Below are positions 28,021 to 38,990 of a DNA stretch of 58,207 bases, piece by piece. This stretch comes from an uncultured bacterium (GTDB lineage: Bacteria > Fidelibacterota > Marinisomatia > Marinisomatales > AB-629-J13). The notes beneath the pieces are model-generated. The model was given only the letters and a program-made list of their open reading frames with translations. It was not told the DNA's origin and did no database searches. The translations under genes were made by a program, and so were the position numbers. Every line of letters starts with the position of its first letter. The stretch's first letter is position 1. The stretch covers positions 1-58,207 of the forward strand of contig CAZSIH010000002.1 in NCBI GenBank assembly GCA_964606925.1. The letters are read 5' to 3'.

Positions 28021-28880
28021 AAAATATTTTGGACGTGCTCTCTAATTTTTTCTATTCTGGATTTTAGGTCTATGACATCCCGACTCACAGCAACATCGGC
28101 GATTTTTACACCTAAAGTGTTGACTTCCCGGTTTAATTCCTGAGTAAGAAAATTCAATCGTTTTCCAACCGGTTCATCTAACTGCATCAATTGCCTGAAT
28201 TGATCTACGTGGCTTAAACTGCGGGATAATTCTTCCGACACATCCGATTTATTTGCTAATATCCCAATCTCCATACTAAATCGAGATTCTTCCAATGGCA
28301 TTCCTTCAATCATATCCTTAATTTTTTCTCTATATTTAATGATTTTCTTTTCAATCAATATTTTAGTTTTTTCTTTTAAACCTTCAATGAATTCAACTAT
28401 TTCATTCAATAAAGATGTCAAATGTTCCCCAGTTTTTTTCCCTTCTTCAATTCTCATAGAATCTACCTGAATCAGTGCAAGGTTGATGGCTTTTAGAATT
28501 GCCGAACTGTCAATTTCCATTTCAGGACCATCCATAAATAAATCTTTTGACGTGATTACATCAGCCATATTCATGTGCCTGCCGTATTTTTTTTGGATGG
28601 TAAATAATATTTTATCAATTTGTTCAAATCTATTTTGATTAAACTGGATATGATTCTTTCCATTTATTCCGAGATCTAAATTCACATTGAGTTGGACGCT
28701 TCCTCTTTCCAATTTTTCTCTTATTTTATTTCGTATTGAATGGTCTAAATCCGGATACCCATCTACACCAGATAATTTTATGTCTAAATATCTCGAGTTT
28801 AAGGCTCTTACAGATACAATGCATGTTCCCTTTTTCATTTGGGCAGTTCCCTGTCCAAATCCTGACATACTTTTAATCAT
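28017..28880 (-). CDS. yicC: YicC family stress-induced protein
   Basis: It starts MIKSMSGFG and has the C-terminal EELSRSLSHVDQF...GKRLNFLTQELNREVNTLG motif. Confidence 0.8.
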   Translation of the reverse strand: MIKSMSGFGQGTAQMKKGTCIVSVRALNSRYLDIKLSGVDGYPDLDHSIRNKIREKLERGSVQLNVNLDLGINGKNHIQFNQNRFEQIDKILFTIQKKYGRHMNMADVITSKDLFMDGPEMEIDSSAILKAINLALIQVDSMRIEEGKKTGEHLTSLLNEIVEFIEGLKEKTKILIEKKIIKYREKIKDMIEGMPLEESRFSMEIGILANKSDVSEELSRSLSHVDQFRQLMQLDEPVGKRLNFLTQELNREVNTLGVKIADVAVSRDVIDLKSRIEKIREHVQNIL

Positions 28881-28949
28881 TTTTCATTCCGAATACAGTC
28901 CACAAAATTATTAAGATAATTCGACCCATTCAATCGTTTTTAATTGTCA

Positions 28950-29957
28950 TTAATCAAACCATTTTTTTATCGTTTCAACATCCATCAAAAATGTAAAAAC
29001 ATGACCGGTAGAATGTACACCCCATTCCTGAATTGTGCTTAAAGTATAATTAATTGTGTATTTTTCTGAATTTACACTGAAGCCCATAGATAGTTTTCCT
29101 TTTCCAGATCTGCCAATTCTCAATGCAAATATTTCATCTGCATTCAATTCAATTCCGTACCGAATTATACCGCCATGACTGTAAAAATGAAAATCATCAT
29201 CAAGGGTTCGTTCTTTGAGTCGGAGTCCTCCATCAAAAAAGAGATTAATATCACACCACGAATATTGAATTACTGGTGTTATACTTCCCCCTATAAAAAT
29301 CTCCAGTGGCCAGGATTCCCGATATCCGGTGGTCCACTTCATTGGTAAAATCTCAATATTTTTTATTTCCAATCCCACGGAAAAGGATGAAGTCCATTGT
29401 CTGAATATCCCGCTATTGATTGTAAATCCATAACCATTTTCATCTAAAAGTGACGTGATGTATGATTGAAATCCCAACCCAATCATCCAATCATTCCATT
29501 CAACCCCACGTTGGAGCATCAAACCGAAACGTTGTTGGTTGAAATAGGAAATTTGATGGGTAATCAACCTTTCATTTCCGTTTATTACACCATCACCATT
29601 CCAATCTTCTAATGCAAAACGTGTGTCGGGAATGTCATAAACTCCTTCATGTATAAAAATGAATTTAAAAGGGTGTGAAAGACTTCGATAAGCGAATATT
29701 TCTCTGGATAATGTACCGGAAAATCGAGATTCACTTGAAAATGAAAAAGCACCCGGTTTGAATTGATTTATTCGTGCAGGGTTAGCTAATCCGGAATCAT
29801 GGGAAAACCGTGCACCTGTAAGTGCATTTCCTACAGCAAGAGCCGGCGCATCAATGACGGTGTGAAATACAGAATTTCCGGCATTTACAGGTGATATAAA
29901 GGGCAAAATATTGAGATGTGATAACAAAATGATTTTGTTGAAAATTTGTTTTCTCAT
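28950..29957 (-). CDS. Hypothetical outer-membrane beta-barrel-like protein
   Basis: It has a signal peptide, alternating aromatic/hydrophilic strands and an aromatic-rich C-terminus. No family was recognised. Confidence 0.4.
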   Translation of the reverse strand: MRKQIFNKIILLSHLNILPFISPVNAGNSVFHTVIDAPALAVGNALTGARFSHDSGLANPARINQFKPGAFSFSSESRFSGTLSREIFAYRSLSHPFKFIFIHEGVYDIPDTRFALEDWNGDGVINGNERLITHQISYFNQQRFGLMLQRGVEWNDWMIGLGFQSYITSLLDENGYGFTINSGIFRQWTSSFSVGLEIKNIEILPMKWTTGYRESWPLEIFIGGSITPVIQYSWCDINLFFDGGLRLKERTLDDDFHFYSHGGIIRYGIELNADEIFALRIGRSGKGKLSMGFSVNSEKYTINYTLSTIQEWGVHSTGHVFTFLMDVETIKKWFD

Positions 29958-32611
29958 CAGGACTTATATTTGGATTTTAAATCAAACAGCATTTGCAGGG
30001 CTTCTATGGGTGTCATGGAATTAACATCTACACTACTCAATTCTTCTTTTAATTTTTTCTCTTCAATATCGAATAAAATTTCTTGCGTGATTGTACCGGA
30101 TATGTCACTTTGAAACTGGTTTCCTTTCGATTGATTGATATGTTGTAAAAGGATTTCATTGGCACGCTGAATTATTGACTTTGGAAGTCCTGCCATTTTT
30201 GCCACATGAATTCCGTAACTCTTATCTCCTGCTCCAGAGATAATTTTTCGAAGGAAAATGATTTTATCTTTATACTCCTTAACCTCTGCATGATAATTGG
30301 ACAATCTATCCAAAGAATCTTCCAAAACGGTTAACTCATGATAATGTGTTGCAAACAGTGTTCGGGCAGCTACATGTGAATTCTCGTGTAAATATTCTGT
30401 AATCGCCCAAGCGAGGGACAAACCGTCAAATGTTGCAGTCCCTCTGCCCACCTCATCCAGAAGAATCAGACTGTTTTGGGTTGCATTATTCAGAATATTT
30501 GCTGCTTCGATCATCTCTACTAAAAAAGTACTTTCTCCTCCGGCTAAATTATCACTGGCTCCTACTCGGGTAAACAAATGATCAACGATTCCGATCTCGG
30601 CTTCTTCAGCAGGGACAAAACACCCGATTTGAGCCATAATCACAATGAGTCCAACCTGTCTTAAATATGTGGATTTTCCCGCCATATTCGGACCGGTAAT
30701 TAAATGAATTTGATTTTTTTCCGTGTCAATTGCAAGATCATTCGGAATAAACTTTTCGGTGACAGGTAAGAGTTTTTCCACCACGGGATGGCGTGATTTT
30801 TTCAATTTCAGAATGGGTTTTTCCGTAAAACTGGGTTTCACATATTTATTTTGAATTGCCAGAATTGCAAAGGTAGTTAAAACATCCAGTTTATTCAGGT
30901 TTTCAGCATTTTTCTGTATGGAAAGAGCTTCTAATATAATTTCATCGCACAACTCATAGAATAAACGGTTCTCTATCTCTGATAATTTTTCTTCCGCACT
31001 TAGAATTTTCTCTTCATATTCCTTTAACTCGGGAATAATGTATCGTTCTGCATTTACCAGAGTTTGTTTTCGAATATATTCAGGAGGGACTTTTTCCGAG
31101 TGAGTTTTCGTCACCTCAATATAATATCCAAATACCTTGTTATATCCTATTTTCAGTGATGAAATACCGGTTCTTTCCCGTTCAGAATTTTGTAATTGAG
31201 ATATCCATTCGGAACCATCTTTCGCCAGTAATCGCAGTTCATCCAATTCAGAATTAATTCCCTTAGCAATGATCCCGCCATGTTTTAAAGTTGCAGGTGC
31301 TTCCTCGTTGAGTTTGGATCTGATGGTATTTATCAACGGTTCAGTATCTCCAAACCACTCATTAATTTTTAGTGGATTTAACACCTCCGATTCTTTGAGT
31401 TTTCTCAATATTTCACTAATAAACTCGTATGTATTTTTTAGTCCCAATAAGTCCCTGGGTGAGGCTTTGGACCGATTGATTCTCCCCAAAATTCTTTCAA
31501 GATCAGATGTTATTGCCAAAAGTTCTCTCAGAAAATGAAGAATAGATTTTTCCTTTGTGAACGAATCAACAATATTGACCCGGTTATTCAATCGCTCCAT
31601 GTCAGTCAACGGATTGTGGAGCCATTTTTTCAACAATCTTCCACCTCCCGGTGAAGCTGTTTCATCCAGAATACTTGTTAATGTTCCGTGTGTACCTTGA
31701 GTGGACAGGGAGTTAAATATTTCCAGATTCCTCATTGTAAAACTGTCCAACCCCATGATTGAGTCTTTTAAAATGGGTTTTATGCTTGAAATATGATTTA
31801 ATGGTGAATTGAGGTTATGCTTCAATTGATACATCATCGCACCGGCAGCGCATATTCCTAAACGATACTCCTCGCAACCAAATCCCTTTAGAGACGGGGT
31901 TTCAAAATGATCTGACAAGAGCCTGTATCCGTGATCGTAATCAAAAACCCAATCATCAACTCTGGAAATATACGGTTTTAATTTTTTGTACCAATTTGAT
32001 GTGATATAAGCTTGGGACTCCGCTATTATCACTTCCCTTGGTGCAAATTGTCGAAGGGATTCACTTAAATTGTCTCCAGAAGATTCCCCCACATAAAACT
32101 CTCCTGTAGATTGATCCAGTACCGCATAGCCAACATTATCGTGTGAAAAAGTCAGGGAAACAATAAAATTATTTGACTTTTGTAGTGACTCTTCATCCGG
32201 TGCCAAAGTACCGGGAGATACAACTTCAATCACCTCACGTTTTACAATGCCCTTTGCTAATTTGGGATCTTCCACTTGTTCGCAGATGGCTACTTTATGT
32301 CCTGCATTAACAATTTTAGGAAGGTAATTATCTAAAGCACGATGCGGAAATCCAGCCAAAGGAACATCAGCAGCAGCACCGTTCGCCCTCTTCGTCAATA
32401 CGATACCCAAAATTTTTGATGTTATTTTTGCATCTTCATTGAAGGTTTCAAAAAAATCTCCCATTCTGAACAACACGATACTGTCAGGATATTTGGATTT
32501 CACCTCACCGTATTGCCGCATGAGGGGAGTACCGGTAAACATGTTTTGTGTATTATTTTCTTTTATGTCCTGCATTATCGGTGAATCATTCATGGCAAAG
32601 TTTCTGTTCAC
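29957..32611 (-). CDS. mutS: DNA mismatch repair protein MutS
   Basis: 884 aa. It contains TPLMRQY, the mismatch-binding FYE/FF region (GDFFETF) and Walker A GPNMAGKSTYLRQ. Confidence 0.95.
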   Translation of the reverse strand: MNRNFAMNDSPIMQDIKENNTQNMFTGTPLMRQYGEVKSKYPDSIVLFRMGDFFETFNEDAKITSKILGIVLTKRANGAAADVPLAGFPHRALDNYLPKIVNAGHKVAICEQVEDPKLAKGIVKREVIEVVSPGTLAPDEESLQKSNNFIVSLTFSHDNVGYAVLDQSTGEFYVGESSGDNLSESLRQFAPREVIIAESQAYITSNWYKKLKPYISRVDDWVFDYDHGYRLLSDHFETPSLKGFGCEEYRLGICAAGAMMYQLKHNLNSPLNHISSIKPILKDSIMGLDSFTMRNLEIFNSLSTQGTHGTLTSILDETASPGGGRLLKKWLHNPLTDMERLNNRVNIVDSFTKEKSILHFLRELLAITSDLERILGRINRSKASPRDLLGLKNTYEFISEILRKLKESEVLNPLKINEWFGDTEPLINTIRSKLNEEAPATLKHGGIIAKGINSELDELRLLAKDGSEWISQLQNSERERTGISSLKIGYNKVFGYYIEVTKTHSEKVPPEYIRKQTLVNAERYIIPELKEYEEKILSAEEKLSEIENRLFYELCDEIILEALSIQKNAENLNKLDVLTTFAILAIQNKYVKPSFTEKPILKLKKSRHPVVEKLLPVTEKFIPNDLAIDTEKNQIHLITGPNMAGKSTYLRQVGLIVIMAQIGCFVPAEEAEIGIVDHLFTRVGASDNLAGGESTFLVEMIEAANILNNATQNSLILLDEVGRGTATFDGLSLAWAITEYLHENSHVAARTLFATHYHELTVLEDSLDRLSNYHAEVKEYKDKIIFLRKIISGAGDKSYGIHVAKMAGLPKSIIQRANEILLQHINQSKGNQFQSDISGTITQEILFDIEEKKLKEELSSVDVNSMTPIEALQMLFDLKSKYKS

Positions 32612-34488
32612 ACCCGTTCGAATTTTGAGGGAAATTTCGATCCCTGAATGCGTTCATTTCCTCTTCGGAATGTAATACCGGATTTATCTAAATATTCCAA
32701 AAGAGGAATGGCAGTTTTCCGTGTAAGATTCGTCATTGATTTAAACTCCCCTACACTGAGAATTTCATTTGAATTATAGTGATCATCAAGTTTTTCAATC
32801 AACTGATCCAAATCCGGTTTACTCATCCACAGATGGTTGGAAATGTCCAGTGAATTCCCCTGTCGTTTTAATACATGCAGGAATTCAAGAATTTGTTCCG
32901 GTTCACACCGGATTTTTTCTCCAATTTCTTTAATAGAAACCGGGACAAATTTGTTTTGGAGTAAAAGAAGTTTGATTTGATCAAGAGTATTCTTATCCTG
33001 ATTTTTCAATTCCATTTTGTTAGTTTTTAAAGCCAAACCTCCTTTTTGAATTGTAATTTCCGTTCCGTCTAATTTTGCAATAATGTAATCAAACCATGGT
33101 CGACTGAATTCCAACTCATTCCGCACAGATTCCGAATTAATAAATGCACGATATGGATTTTTCTTATGAAAAGTTGTTAAAAAATTATTAATCGCTTTTT
33201 GTGCATGACCTACTCCTATTTCTGAAAATACCATATTTTTTTCGTTTATCAACTGATTAGATTCGATCAAGGAGAGCATGTACTCCTTGGATCTTGAGAA
33301 TTTTTCCGCCCAAAACGTTACTGATCTTGGTGCATTTTCTGAGTAAGTAATAAATTGAGGAAATCGTTCTGTTTGCTGTTCAGATAGTTGATGGCATTTA
33401 ACTTTTATTTTTTTCCAAGTCCCTTCCGGATCTCGATCCAATATTTTCCCTCCACCGATTGTATCCATGGGAGAATAAGCCCGGATAATAAAACGGTCAT
33501 CCAATGCTGTGGATATCGGTTTATTAAATTCCAAAACTGCGTTTATGGATTCCCCTGCAGAAATTGTTTTAGGTATATAAACAATTTTAGCCAATGATTC
33601 CGATGTTCCTAAATGAACTCGAATTCGCTGATGCGCTTTTATTTTCCATTTTGTAGTTTTAATTAATTTTATATGGACAATGGCTCGCTGAGCAGCTTGA
33701 ATGGACTTGGGCGTCACAAGTTCTGATCCACGCCAGACATGAACCAATTCAACTCCAGTCAAATTGACCGCTGCCCTATCTCCCTTAGATACAAAATCAA
33801 CCGGCTCACCATGACTCTGGAGTCCCCTGACTTTTCCACTTTTATTTGATGGTTGAACTCCAACTGATGACCCAATTTTCAGATTTCCTGAGAGTACCGT
33901 CCCGGTGATGATTAATCCATATCCGGTTTTTTGAAAGACTCGATCAACCTGTAATCTGAAAGTTTCATCATCTTGGTTCTTTTCCTTAACTCCCTCCAAA
34001 GAAGTCAATAAATCATGCAATGACTGAATTCCTTCATTGGTCTGAACTGAGGTCTTAATGATGGGTTTACCTTCTAAGATTGTTCCTTTTGTTTTTTCTC
34101 TGATTTCTTCCTTAACCAGATCCACCCATTGATCATCCTTAATCAAATCAGATTTGGTTAATACGATGACACCATCGGGAATTCTTAATAAATCAATAAT
34201 GTGTAAATGCTCCATCGTCTGGGGCATGATTCCGTCATCCAGAGCAATCACCAAAATGACAAAATCAATGGTAGATACACCCGCTACCATGTTCCGTATA
34301 AAGCGCTCATGACCGGGAACATCGATGATGGTAATACGGTCATTTAAAAATGCAAATCCCAAATCGATGGTCATTCCCCGTTTCTGCTCCTCAACCAGTC
34401 TATCGGTATCAACCCCGGTCAGAGCTTTCACAAGGGCTGTTTTGCCGTGATCAATATGCCCTGCAGTACCGATGACGATCTGATTCAT
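32608..34488 (-). CDS. selB: Selenocysteine-specific translation elongation factor SelB
   Basis: It has the GTPase G1-G4 motifs (GTAGHIDHGKTALV, DVPGHE, TKSD) followed by long winged-helix C-terminal domains. It overlaps the selA stop. Confidence 0.9.
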   Translation of the reverse strand: MNQIVIGTAGHIDHGKTALVKALTGVDTDRLVEEQKRGMTIDLGFAFLNDRITIIDVPGHERFIRNMVAGVSTIDFVILVIALDDGIMPQTMEHLHIIDLLRIPDGVIVLTKSDLIKDDQWVDLVKEEIREKTKGTILEGKPIIKTSVQTNEGIQSLHDLLTSLEGVKEKNQDDETFRLQVDRVFQKTGYGLIITGTVLSGNLKIGSSVGVQPSNKSGKVRGLQSHGEPVDFVSKGDRAAVNLTGVELVHVWRGSELVTPKSIQAAQRAIVHIKLIKTTKWKIKAHQRIRVHLGTSESLAKIVYIPKTISAGESINAVLEFNKPISTALDDRFIIRAYSPMDTIGGGKILDRDPEGTWKKIKVKCHQLSEQQTERFPQFITYSENAPRSVTFWAEKFSRSKEYMLSLIESNQLINEKNMVFSEIGVGHAQKAINNFLTTFHKKNPYRAFINSESVRNELEFSRPWFDYIIAKLDGTEITIQKGGLALKTNKMELKNQDKNTLDQIKLLLLQNKFVPVSIKEIGEKIRCEPEQILEFLHVLKRQGNSLDISNHLWMSKPDLDQLIEKLDDHYNSNEILSVGEFKSMTNLTRKTAIPLLEYLDKSGITFRRGNERIQGSKFPSKFERV

Positions 34489-35858
34489 GAAAGGGTATTC
34501 TTAATAAGCTGAATGATAATTTTGTCCTGTTTTGGAAGAACAGATTTAAAATCAATATAATATTTATTCCCGTGAATGAATCCGATCATAGGAGGATCAC
34601 CTATCCTGAATTTTATCGCTAACGCCGTAGATTTTATTTTTTTTGTTGAAAACACCAGAGCAGCACTGGGTAAGGATTTTACGGGAAGGGAACCACTGCC
34701 AGCCTCAACCTTTGTTTCAACAGCGGAAATACCAAAGGATCGAATAAGGTTTTTAGGGAGTGAATCCAACACACGATTTACCCGCAGAAATAATTGTTTT
34801 CTGGAAGTTGCCAATAAAGACAATGCTAAATTGTGTTTCACGTGTTTTTTCCTTCCAAATAATTTTAATGTTTCTTCTAACAGGGAAATCGTGAATTTAT
34901 CGCATCTTACCGTTCGGTAAATGGGATTTTGATTGCATTTTTGTATGAGTCTTCTGGATCCTAACATGATACCTGCTTGAGGTCCTCCCAATAATTTATC
35001 TCCTGAAAAAGTAATAAGTTGAGGTTTTATCTTTACAATTTCCTGTACCGGAAATTCCATGGGAAGCCCCAACTCTGAAATATTCTCAAGAGCCCCACTG
35101 CCTAAATCCGCCATGACAGGAATCCGTTTTTTCTTCCCAATTTCCACAAGAGTTTCAAGAGATAAATCTTTTGTAAATCCATGGATTTTATAATTGGATG
35201 TGTGTACCCAAAGCAAAAGTCCTGTTTTGGAATTTATAGCATTTTCCACATCTTTTCTGTGGGTTCTGTTGGTTGTTCCGACTTCCCTCAATATTCCCCT
35301 GCTTTTTTCTATGATGTCTGGGATTCGAAATGATCCCCCTATTTCCACTTCCTGCCCTCGGGAAACGATCACTTCCTTTTTTTCCGCCAATGTGTTGATA
35401 CCCAATAAAACTGCTGCAGCATTATTATTCACAATCATAGCAAATTCTGCACCGGTTACAGCTCTTAAATAATCCGTAATATGAGACTGACGATTTCCCC
35501 TTTTACCAGACTCCAAATTCAATTCTAAATTTGAATATCCTTCCAGTGATTTTGAGGCTTCCCTAATAATTTTCTGGTGGATGGGTGCCCGTCCCAATCC
35601 TGTATGAAGAACGATTCCCGTTCCATTAATAACAGGTCTTAAACTTCCTTTCGACTTTTCTATTACTTTCGAAACGATATCCTGAATAATTTTTTGTCTG
35701 TCAATTTGTAATTTCCCTTTTTTTGCAGAGGACCTGAATTCGGCTAATATTTCATTAATCCAAAGTGTTAATATCCTTTGATCAATATCTGTTAATCGCA
35801 TTACCTCAAGTAATACTTCAGAAATAGAGGGCAAGGTTTTTAATTGTATTTGATTCAT
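34485..35858 (-). CDS. selA: L-seryl-tRNA(Sec) selenium transferase SelA
   Basis: It contains VINGTGIVLHTGLGRAP, VNNNAAAVLL and FSGDKLLGGPQAG (PLP lysine). Confidence 0.9.
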   Translation of the reverse strand: MNQIQLKTLPSISEVLLEVMRLTDIDQRILTLWINEILAEFRSSAKKGKLQIDRQKIIQDIVSKVIEKSKGSLRPVINGTGIVLHTGLGRAPIHQKIIREASKSLEGYSNLELNLESGKRGNRQSHITDYLRAVTGAEFAMIVNNNAAAVLLGINTLAEKKEVIVSRGQEVEIGGSFRIPDIIEKSRGILREVGTTNRTHRKDVENAINSKTGLLLWVHTSNYKIHGFTKDLSLETLVEIGKKKRIPVMADLGSGALENISELGLPMEFPVQEIVKIKPQLITFSGDKLLGGPQAGIMLGSRRLIQKCNQNPIYRTVRCDKFTISLLEETLKLFGRKKHVKHNLALSLLATSRKQLFLRVNRVLDSLPKNLIRSFGISAVETKVEAGSGSLPVKSLPSAALVFSTKKIKSTALAIKFRIGDPPMIGFIHGNKYYIDFKSVLPKQDKIIIQLIKNTLS

Positions 35859-35892
35859 TCTAAATTAAGGGAAAATTCCCACCAAAATATGT

Positions 35893-37065
35893 CTATATTT
35901 CTTCCACTTTTCCAATTAAAATCCAACTTAAAATTAAAGCAGGTAACAACACAGCACCCATCACGGGAAATATATAAGTTACTGCGAATTTCTCTGCAAT
36001 GAATCCACCTATTGCAGCTGCTCCTGCTCCGATCCCGATATTCAGGAAAAAATTAATTCCGTATCCCAATCCCCTGTGAGTTGAATGGGTAAGATGAGCA
36101 ATGAGGGAATTCGCAACGGGCTGCCAGTTAAAATGGATAATTCCCAGAAGTAATGCTGAACCGATAAGCCAATAATTTGAAACCAACCCCACTAAAATTA
36201 AAAAGGGAATGTTCAATAAAACAATCCAAAACAAATATTTTGTCAATGAAAACCTTTCTCCAGCCCAGCCTCCCATTGCCTGTCCGATAATTCCTGATAA
36301 AAGAACAAGGCTGGTAAACATCCCGCCTCTCAGTGTATCTGAAAAACCTTGAATAATTGTTCGGGTTTCAATAGCAAAATGGGTAGGCATAAACGTCGTA
36401 AATCCTGTAAAAGTAAACCCCATTAAAACTGAAACCATATAATAATACTTCAGAGCTGGTTTATTGGTTTTATTCTTGATTATTTCATCCTTGGGAATTG
36501 AATGGGGTGTGTCACGCCAATATTTTAAAGATATTAGCGTAAAAATAAATAATAATAAATTCACAATTGAAATCGTAATATAGGCAAATCTCCAGGAAAC
36601 AAGTTCCGTACACCCGGCACCGATCAAAGGTCCCAATGCAAGCCCCACCGAACCGCCAATTCCATGAATCGCCATTCCTTTGGATAATTTCTTAGAGTGA
36701 TGGGAAATCATGGTCAGTCCAGCAGGGTGATAAATACTGGCAAAAAGTCCTGCAAAAATCAACCCTATGGTTAATGTTACCAACGAATGAGAATTGGCAA
36801 TGAAAAGTGTAGAAATAATAGTTCCGATTTGATAGACTAAAAGTAGAGTAGGAGCACCGTATTTTCTTTCCAGAAAACCGGTGGGTAAAGATCCTAAACC
36901 ATACATAAAAGTACTGATTGACGCAATTAATCCCAAAGTCGCCAGTCCTGTGGAAAATTCATTTTTCAAAACCAGCAAAATCGTAGGAAAAATGAGCATC
37001 ATACTGTGAACGCTCATATGGGAACCAGTTGTGATGCCTAAAATTATTTTCTCTTTATGACTCAA
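35893..37065 (-). CDS. MFS transporter
   Basis: 390 aa with about 12 hydrophobic spans and typical MFS loop spacing. Confidence 0.7.
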   Translation of the reverse strand: MSHKEKIILGITTGSHMSVHSMMLIFPTILLVLKNEFSTGLATLGLIASISTFMYGLGSLPTGFLERKYGAPTLLLVYQIGTIISTLFIANSHSLVTLTIGLIFAGLFASIYHPAGLTMISHHSKKLSKGMAIHGIGGSVGLALGPLIGAGCTELVSWRFAYITISIVNLLLFIFTLISLKYWRDTPHSIPKDEIIKNKTNKPALKYYYMVSVLMGFTFTGFTTFMPTHFAIETRTIIQGFSDTLRGGMFTSLVLLSGIIGQAMGGWAGERFSLTKYLFWIVLLNIPFLILVGLVSNYWLIGSALLLGIIHFNWQPVANSLIAHLTHSTHRGLGYGINFFLNIGIGAGAAAIGGFIAEKFAVTYIFPVMGAVLLPALILSWILIGKVEEI

Positions 37066-37088
37066 TTGTTCATTCCGGAATCTATATT

Positions 37089-37127
37089 AAAAATAAAAAA
37101 CCCTCACATAAACAAAAATTGTGAGGG
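37089..37127 (-). terminator. Rho-independent terminator of the ffh-rpsP-rimM-trmD-rplS operon
   Basis: The minus-strand RNA is CCCUCACA-AUUUUUGUUUA-UGUGAGGG followed by UUUUUUAUUUUU, about 23 nt after the rplS stop. Confidence 0.65.
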
Positions 37128-37149
37128 TAAATTTTACGGAATACTCCGG

Positions 37150-37491
37150 TTATCTCAGTTCTGATATCCGGGCAGCTTTTCCTTTTAATTTTCTAAGATA
37201 ATTTAATTTTGCCCTGCGTACTTTTCCTCTGCGTAACACTTCTATTTTAGCTATCATAGGCGAATGAAGCGGGAATATTCTTTCGACTCCCACACCGCCT
37301 GAAATTTTCCGTACGGTGAATGTTGCTTCTAAATTCCCACCTTTTTTACTGATCACATCTCCTTGAAATTTTTGTATTCGTTCTTTTCCACCTTCAATAA
37401 CACGGTAGTCAATTGAAACCCTGTCCCCTGCTCTGAATTGTGGAAGGTCATCCTTTAAATACTCTTTTGTTGCTTCATATATTTTGTTCAT
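37150..37491 (-). CDS. rplS: 50S ribosomal protein L19
   Basis: It reads [45 protein letters not shown] moved the start to ATG 37489-37491, because the track's longer N-terminus overlaps trmD. Confidence 0.9.
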   Translation of the reverse strand: MNKIYEATKEYLKDDLPQFRAGDRVSIDYRVIEGGKERIQKFQGDVISKKGGNLEATFTVRKISGGVGVERIFPLHSPMIAKIEVLRRGKVRRAKLNYLRKLKGKAARISELR

Positions 37492-38209
37492 GTTTTTCTC
37501 CATTACTTCTCTCGGAATTATATTTTTCCCATAAATCTTTCCTTCTGGAAGCAGTACGTTCTTCCCTTTTCTTTTCCCGCCAGGAATCAATTTGTTTGTG
37601 GTTTCCGTTTAACAAAACTTCTGGAACCGGTATTCCATCAACCTCTCTTGGTCTGGTATAATACGGCACATCCAGCAGTCCATTCATGAAGGAGTCAGAC
37701 AGTGCTGATTCGAATGAGTTTAAGACTCCGGGAACCATACGGATAATGCTGTCCAGCATCACCATTGAAGACAATTCCCCTCCTGATATGACGTAATCTC
37801 CAAGGGAAAACTCATGAGTTACATATTTTTCAACTACCCGTTCATCAATTCCTTTGTAATGACCGCAAAGAAAAATAGTGTTCCCCTCATTACTAAATTC
37901 CCGAGCAGTCTTTTGGGACCAAAGTTCACCTTGAGGTGTTGGATAAATAATCCGAACATTATCAAATTCCTTCCATGAAGAGATGGTATGATCGATTGCT
38001 TTAAAAAACGGTTCTGCCATCATCACCATTCCTTCACCACCGCCATAAGGTTCATCATCAACCTGACGGTAATTTCCTTTTGTGAAATCTCGTAAATTAA
38101 CCACTTGAATCTCCGCTATTCCATTTTCCACCGATTTTCTTATAATTGTTTCCTGAATTATTGTATTCACAAGCTCCGGAACCGGTGTTATGATTGCAAA
38201 TCGTTTCAA
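37475..38209 (-). CDS. trmD: tRNA (guanine37-N1)-methyltransferase TrmD
   Basis: It contains [23 protein letters not shown] and [11 protein letters not shown]. Confidence 0.9.
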   Translation of the reverse strand: MKRFAIITPVPELVNTIIQETIIRKSVENGIAEIQVVNLRDFTKGNYRQVDDEPYGGGEGMVMMAEPFFKAIDHTISSWKEFDNVRIIYPTPQGELWSQKTAREFSNEGNTIFLCGHYKGIDERVVEKYVTHEFSLGDYVISGGELSSMVMLDSIIRMVPGVLNSFESALSDSFMNGLLDVPYYTRPREVDGIPVPEVLLNGNHKQIDSWREKKREERTASRRKDLWEKYNSERSNGEKHEQNI

Positions 38210-38706
38210 TCCAGAAGTCCTTCCATGGGAGAAATGACCAAAACCTCACATTCCCAATCAAGATGTCGGACGATCTCCGGTATGACCGGAACCAGGAATT
38301 CCCGATTTTCTTTTTGAATAACATATACATCATTTGAAGGAAGCCAAAGAATTTCTTTTAGAATTCCCACCCATTTGCTTTCTGTGGTCACGACTTCAAA
38401 TCCAATTAATTCCTCAGATATCCAATTGATTTGATCATGTTCTGAAACTCCTGCAAACACAAATTGACCAATTAAAGATTGAGCTGATTTTGTCGTATTC
38501 ACACCGGAAAAACGATATCTTGGGTGCTTCCCTGATGGAATAACTGATTCTAATTCAATCGCTTTATTTGTTGATTCAGAAAATCCCAAAAAAAGAGGTT
38601 TTTCATCAATATACTCATCAAAATATCGGGATAATGGTTTACACCTCACTTCTCCATTGAGACCTGACACTTTAGTTACTTTTCCAATTGCAAACAGTTT
38701 TTTCAT
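38206..38706 (-). CDS. rimM: 16S rRNA processing protein RimM
   Basis: It has the IGKVTKVSGLNGEV start and a PRC-barrel C-terminus. It sits in the conserved operon position. Confidence 0.85.
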   Translation of the reverse strand: MKKLFAIGKVTKVSGLNGEVRCKPLSRYFDEYIDEKPLFLGFSESTNKAIELESVIPSGKHPRYRFSGVNTTKSAQSLIGQFVFAGVSEHDQINWISEELIGFEVVTTESKWVGILKEILWLPSNDVYVIQKENREFLVPVIPEIVRHLDWECEVLVISPMEGLLD

Positions 38707-38711
38707 TAATT

Positions 38712-38948
38712 CTATCTGTCAATTACATCCAGTCTTGCACGTTTACCGCCTTCCTTGGCATTAATTGCGAATATGAGAGACCTAATTGCACCAATATTTT
38801 TTCCTTTTTTTCCAATGACCTTGCCGTAGTCGCCTTCACCAACCATCAGTTCATAGATAATTCGTTTTTCAGATTCAACAGCGTTGACTTCAACTTCGTC
38901 CGGTTTATCCACTAACTGTTTAACAACCATTTCAATAAAATCCTTCAT
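38712..38948 (-). CDS. KH-domain RNA-binding protein (YlqC/UPF0109)
   Basis: 78 aa, containing VKQLVDKPDEV and GKVIGKKGKNIGAIRSL (GxxG KH motif). Confidence 0.8.
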   Translation of the reverse strand: MKDFIEMVVKQLVDKPDEVEVNAVESEKRIIYELMVGEGDYGKVIGKKGKNIGAIRSLIFAINAKEGGKRARLDVIDR

Positions 38949-38990
38949 ATCGTATGTCTCCTTTTGGTTTAATTCCTTAATCCCTATTGT

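Noticed and set aside
37492-37590. The track gives L19 a 33-aa N-terminal extension.
   Set aside because: The extension overlaps the trmD 3' end. Canonical L19 begins at MNKIYE..., which corresponds to ATG 37491.
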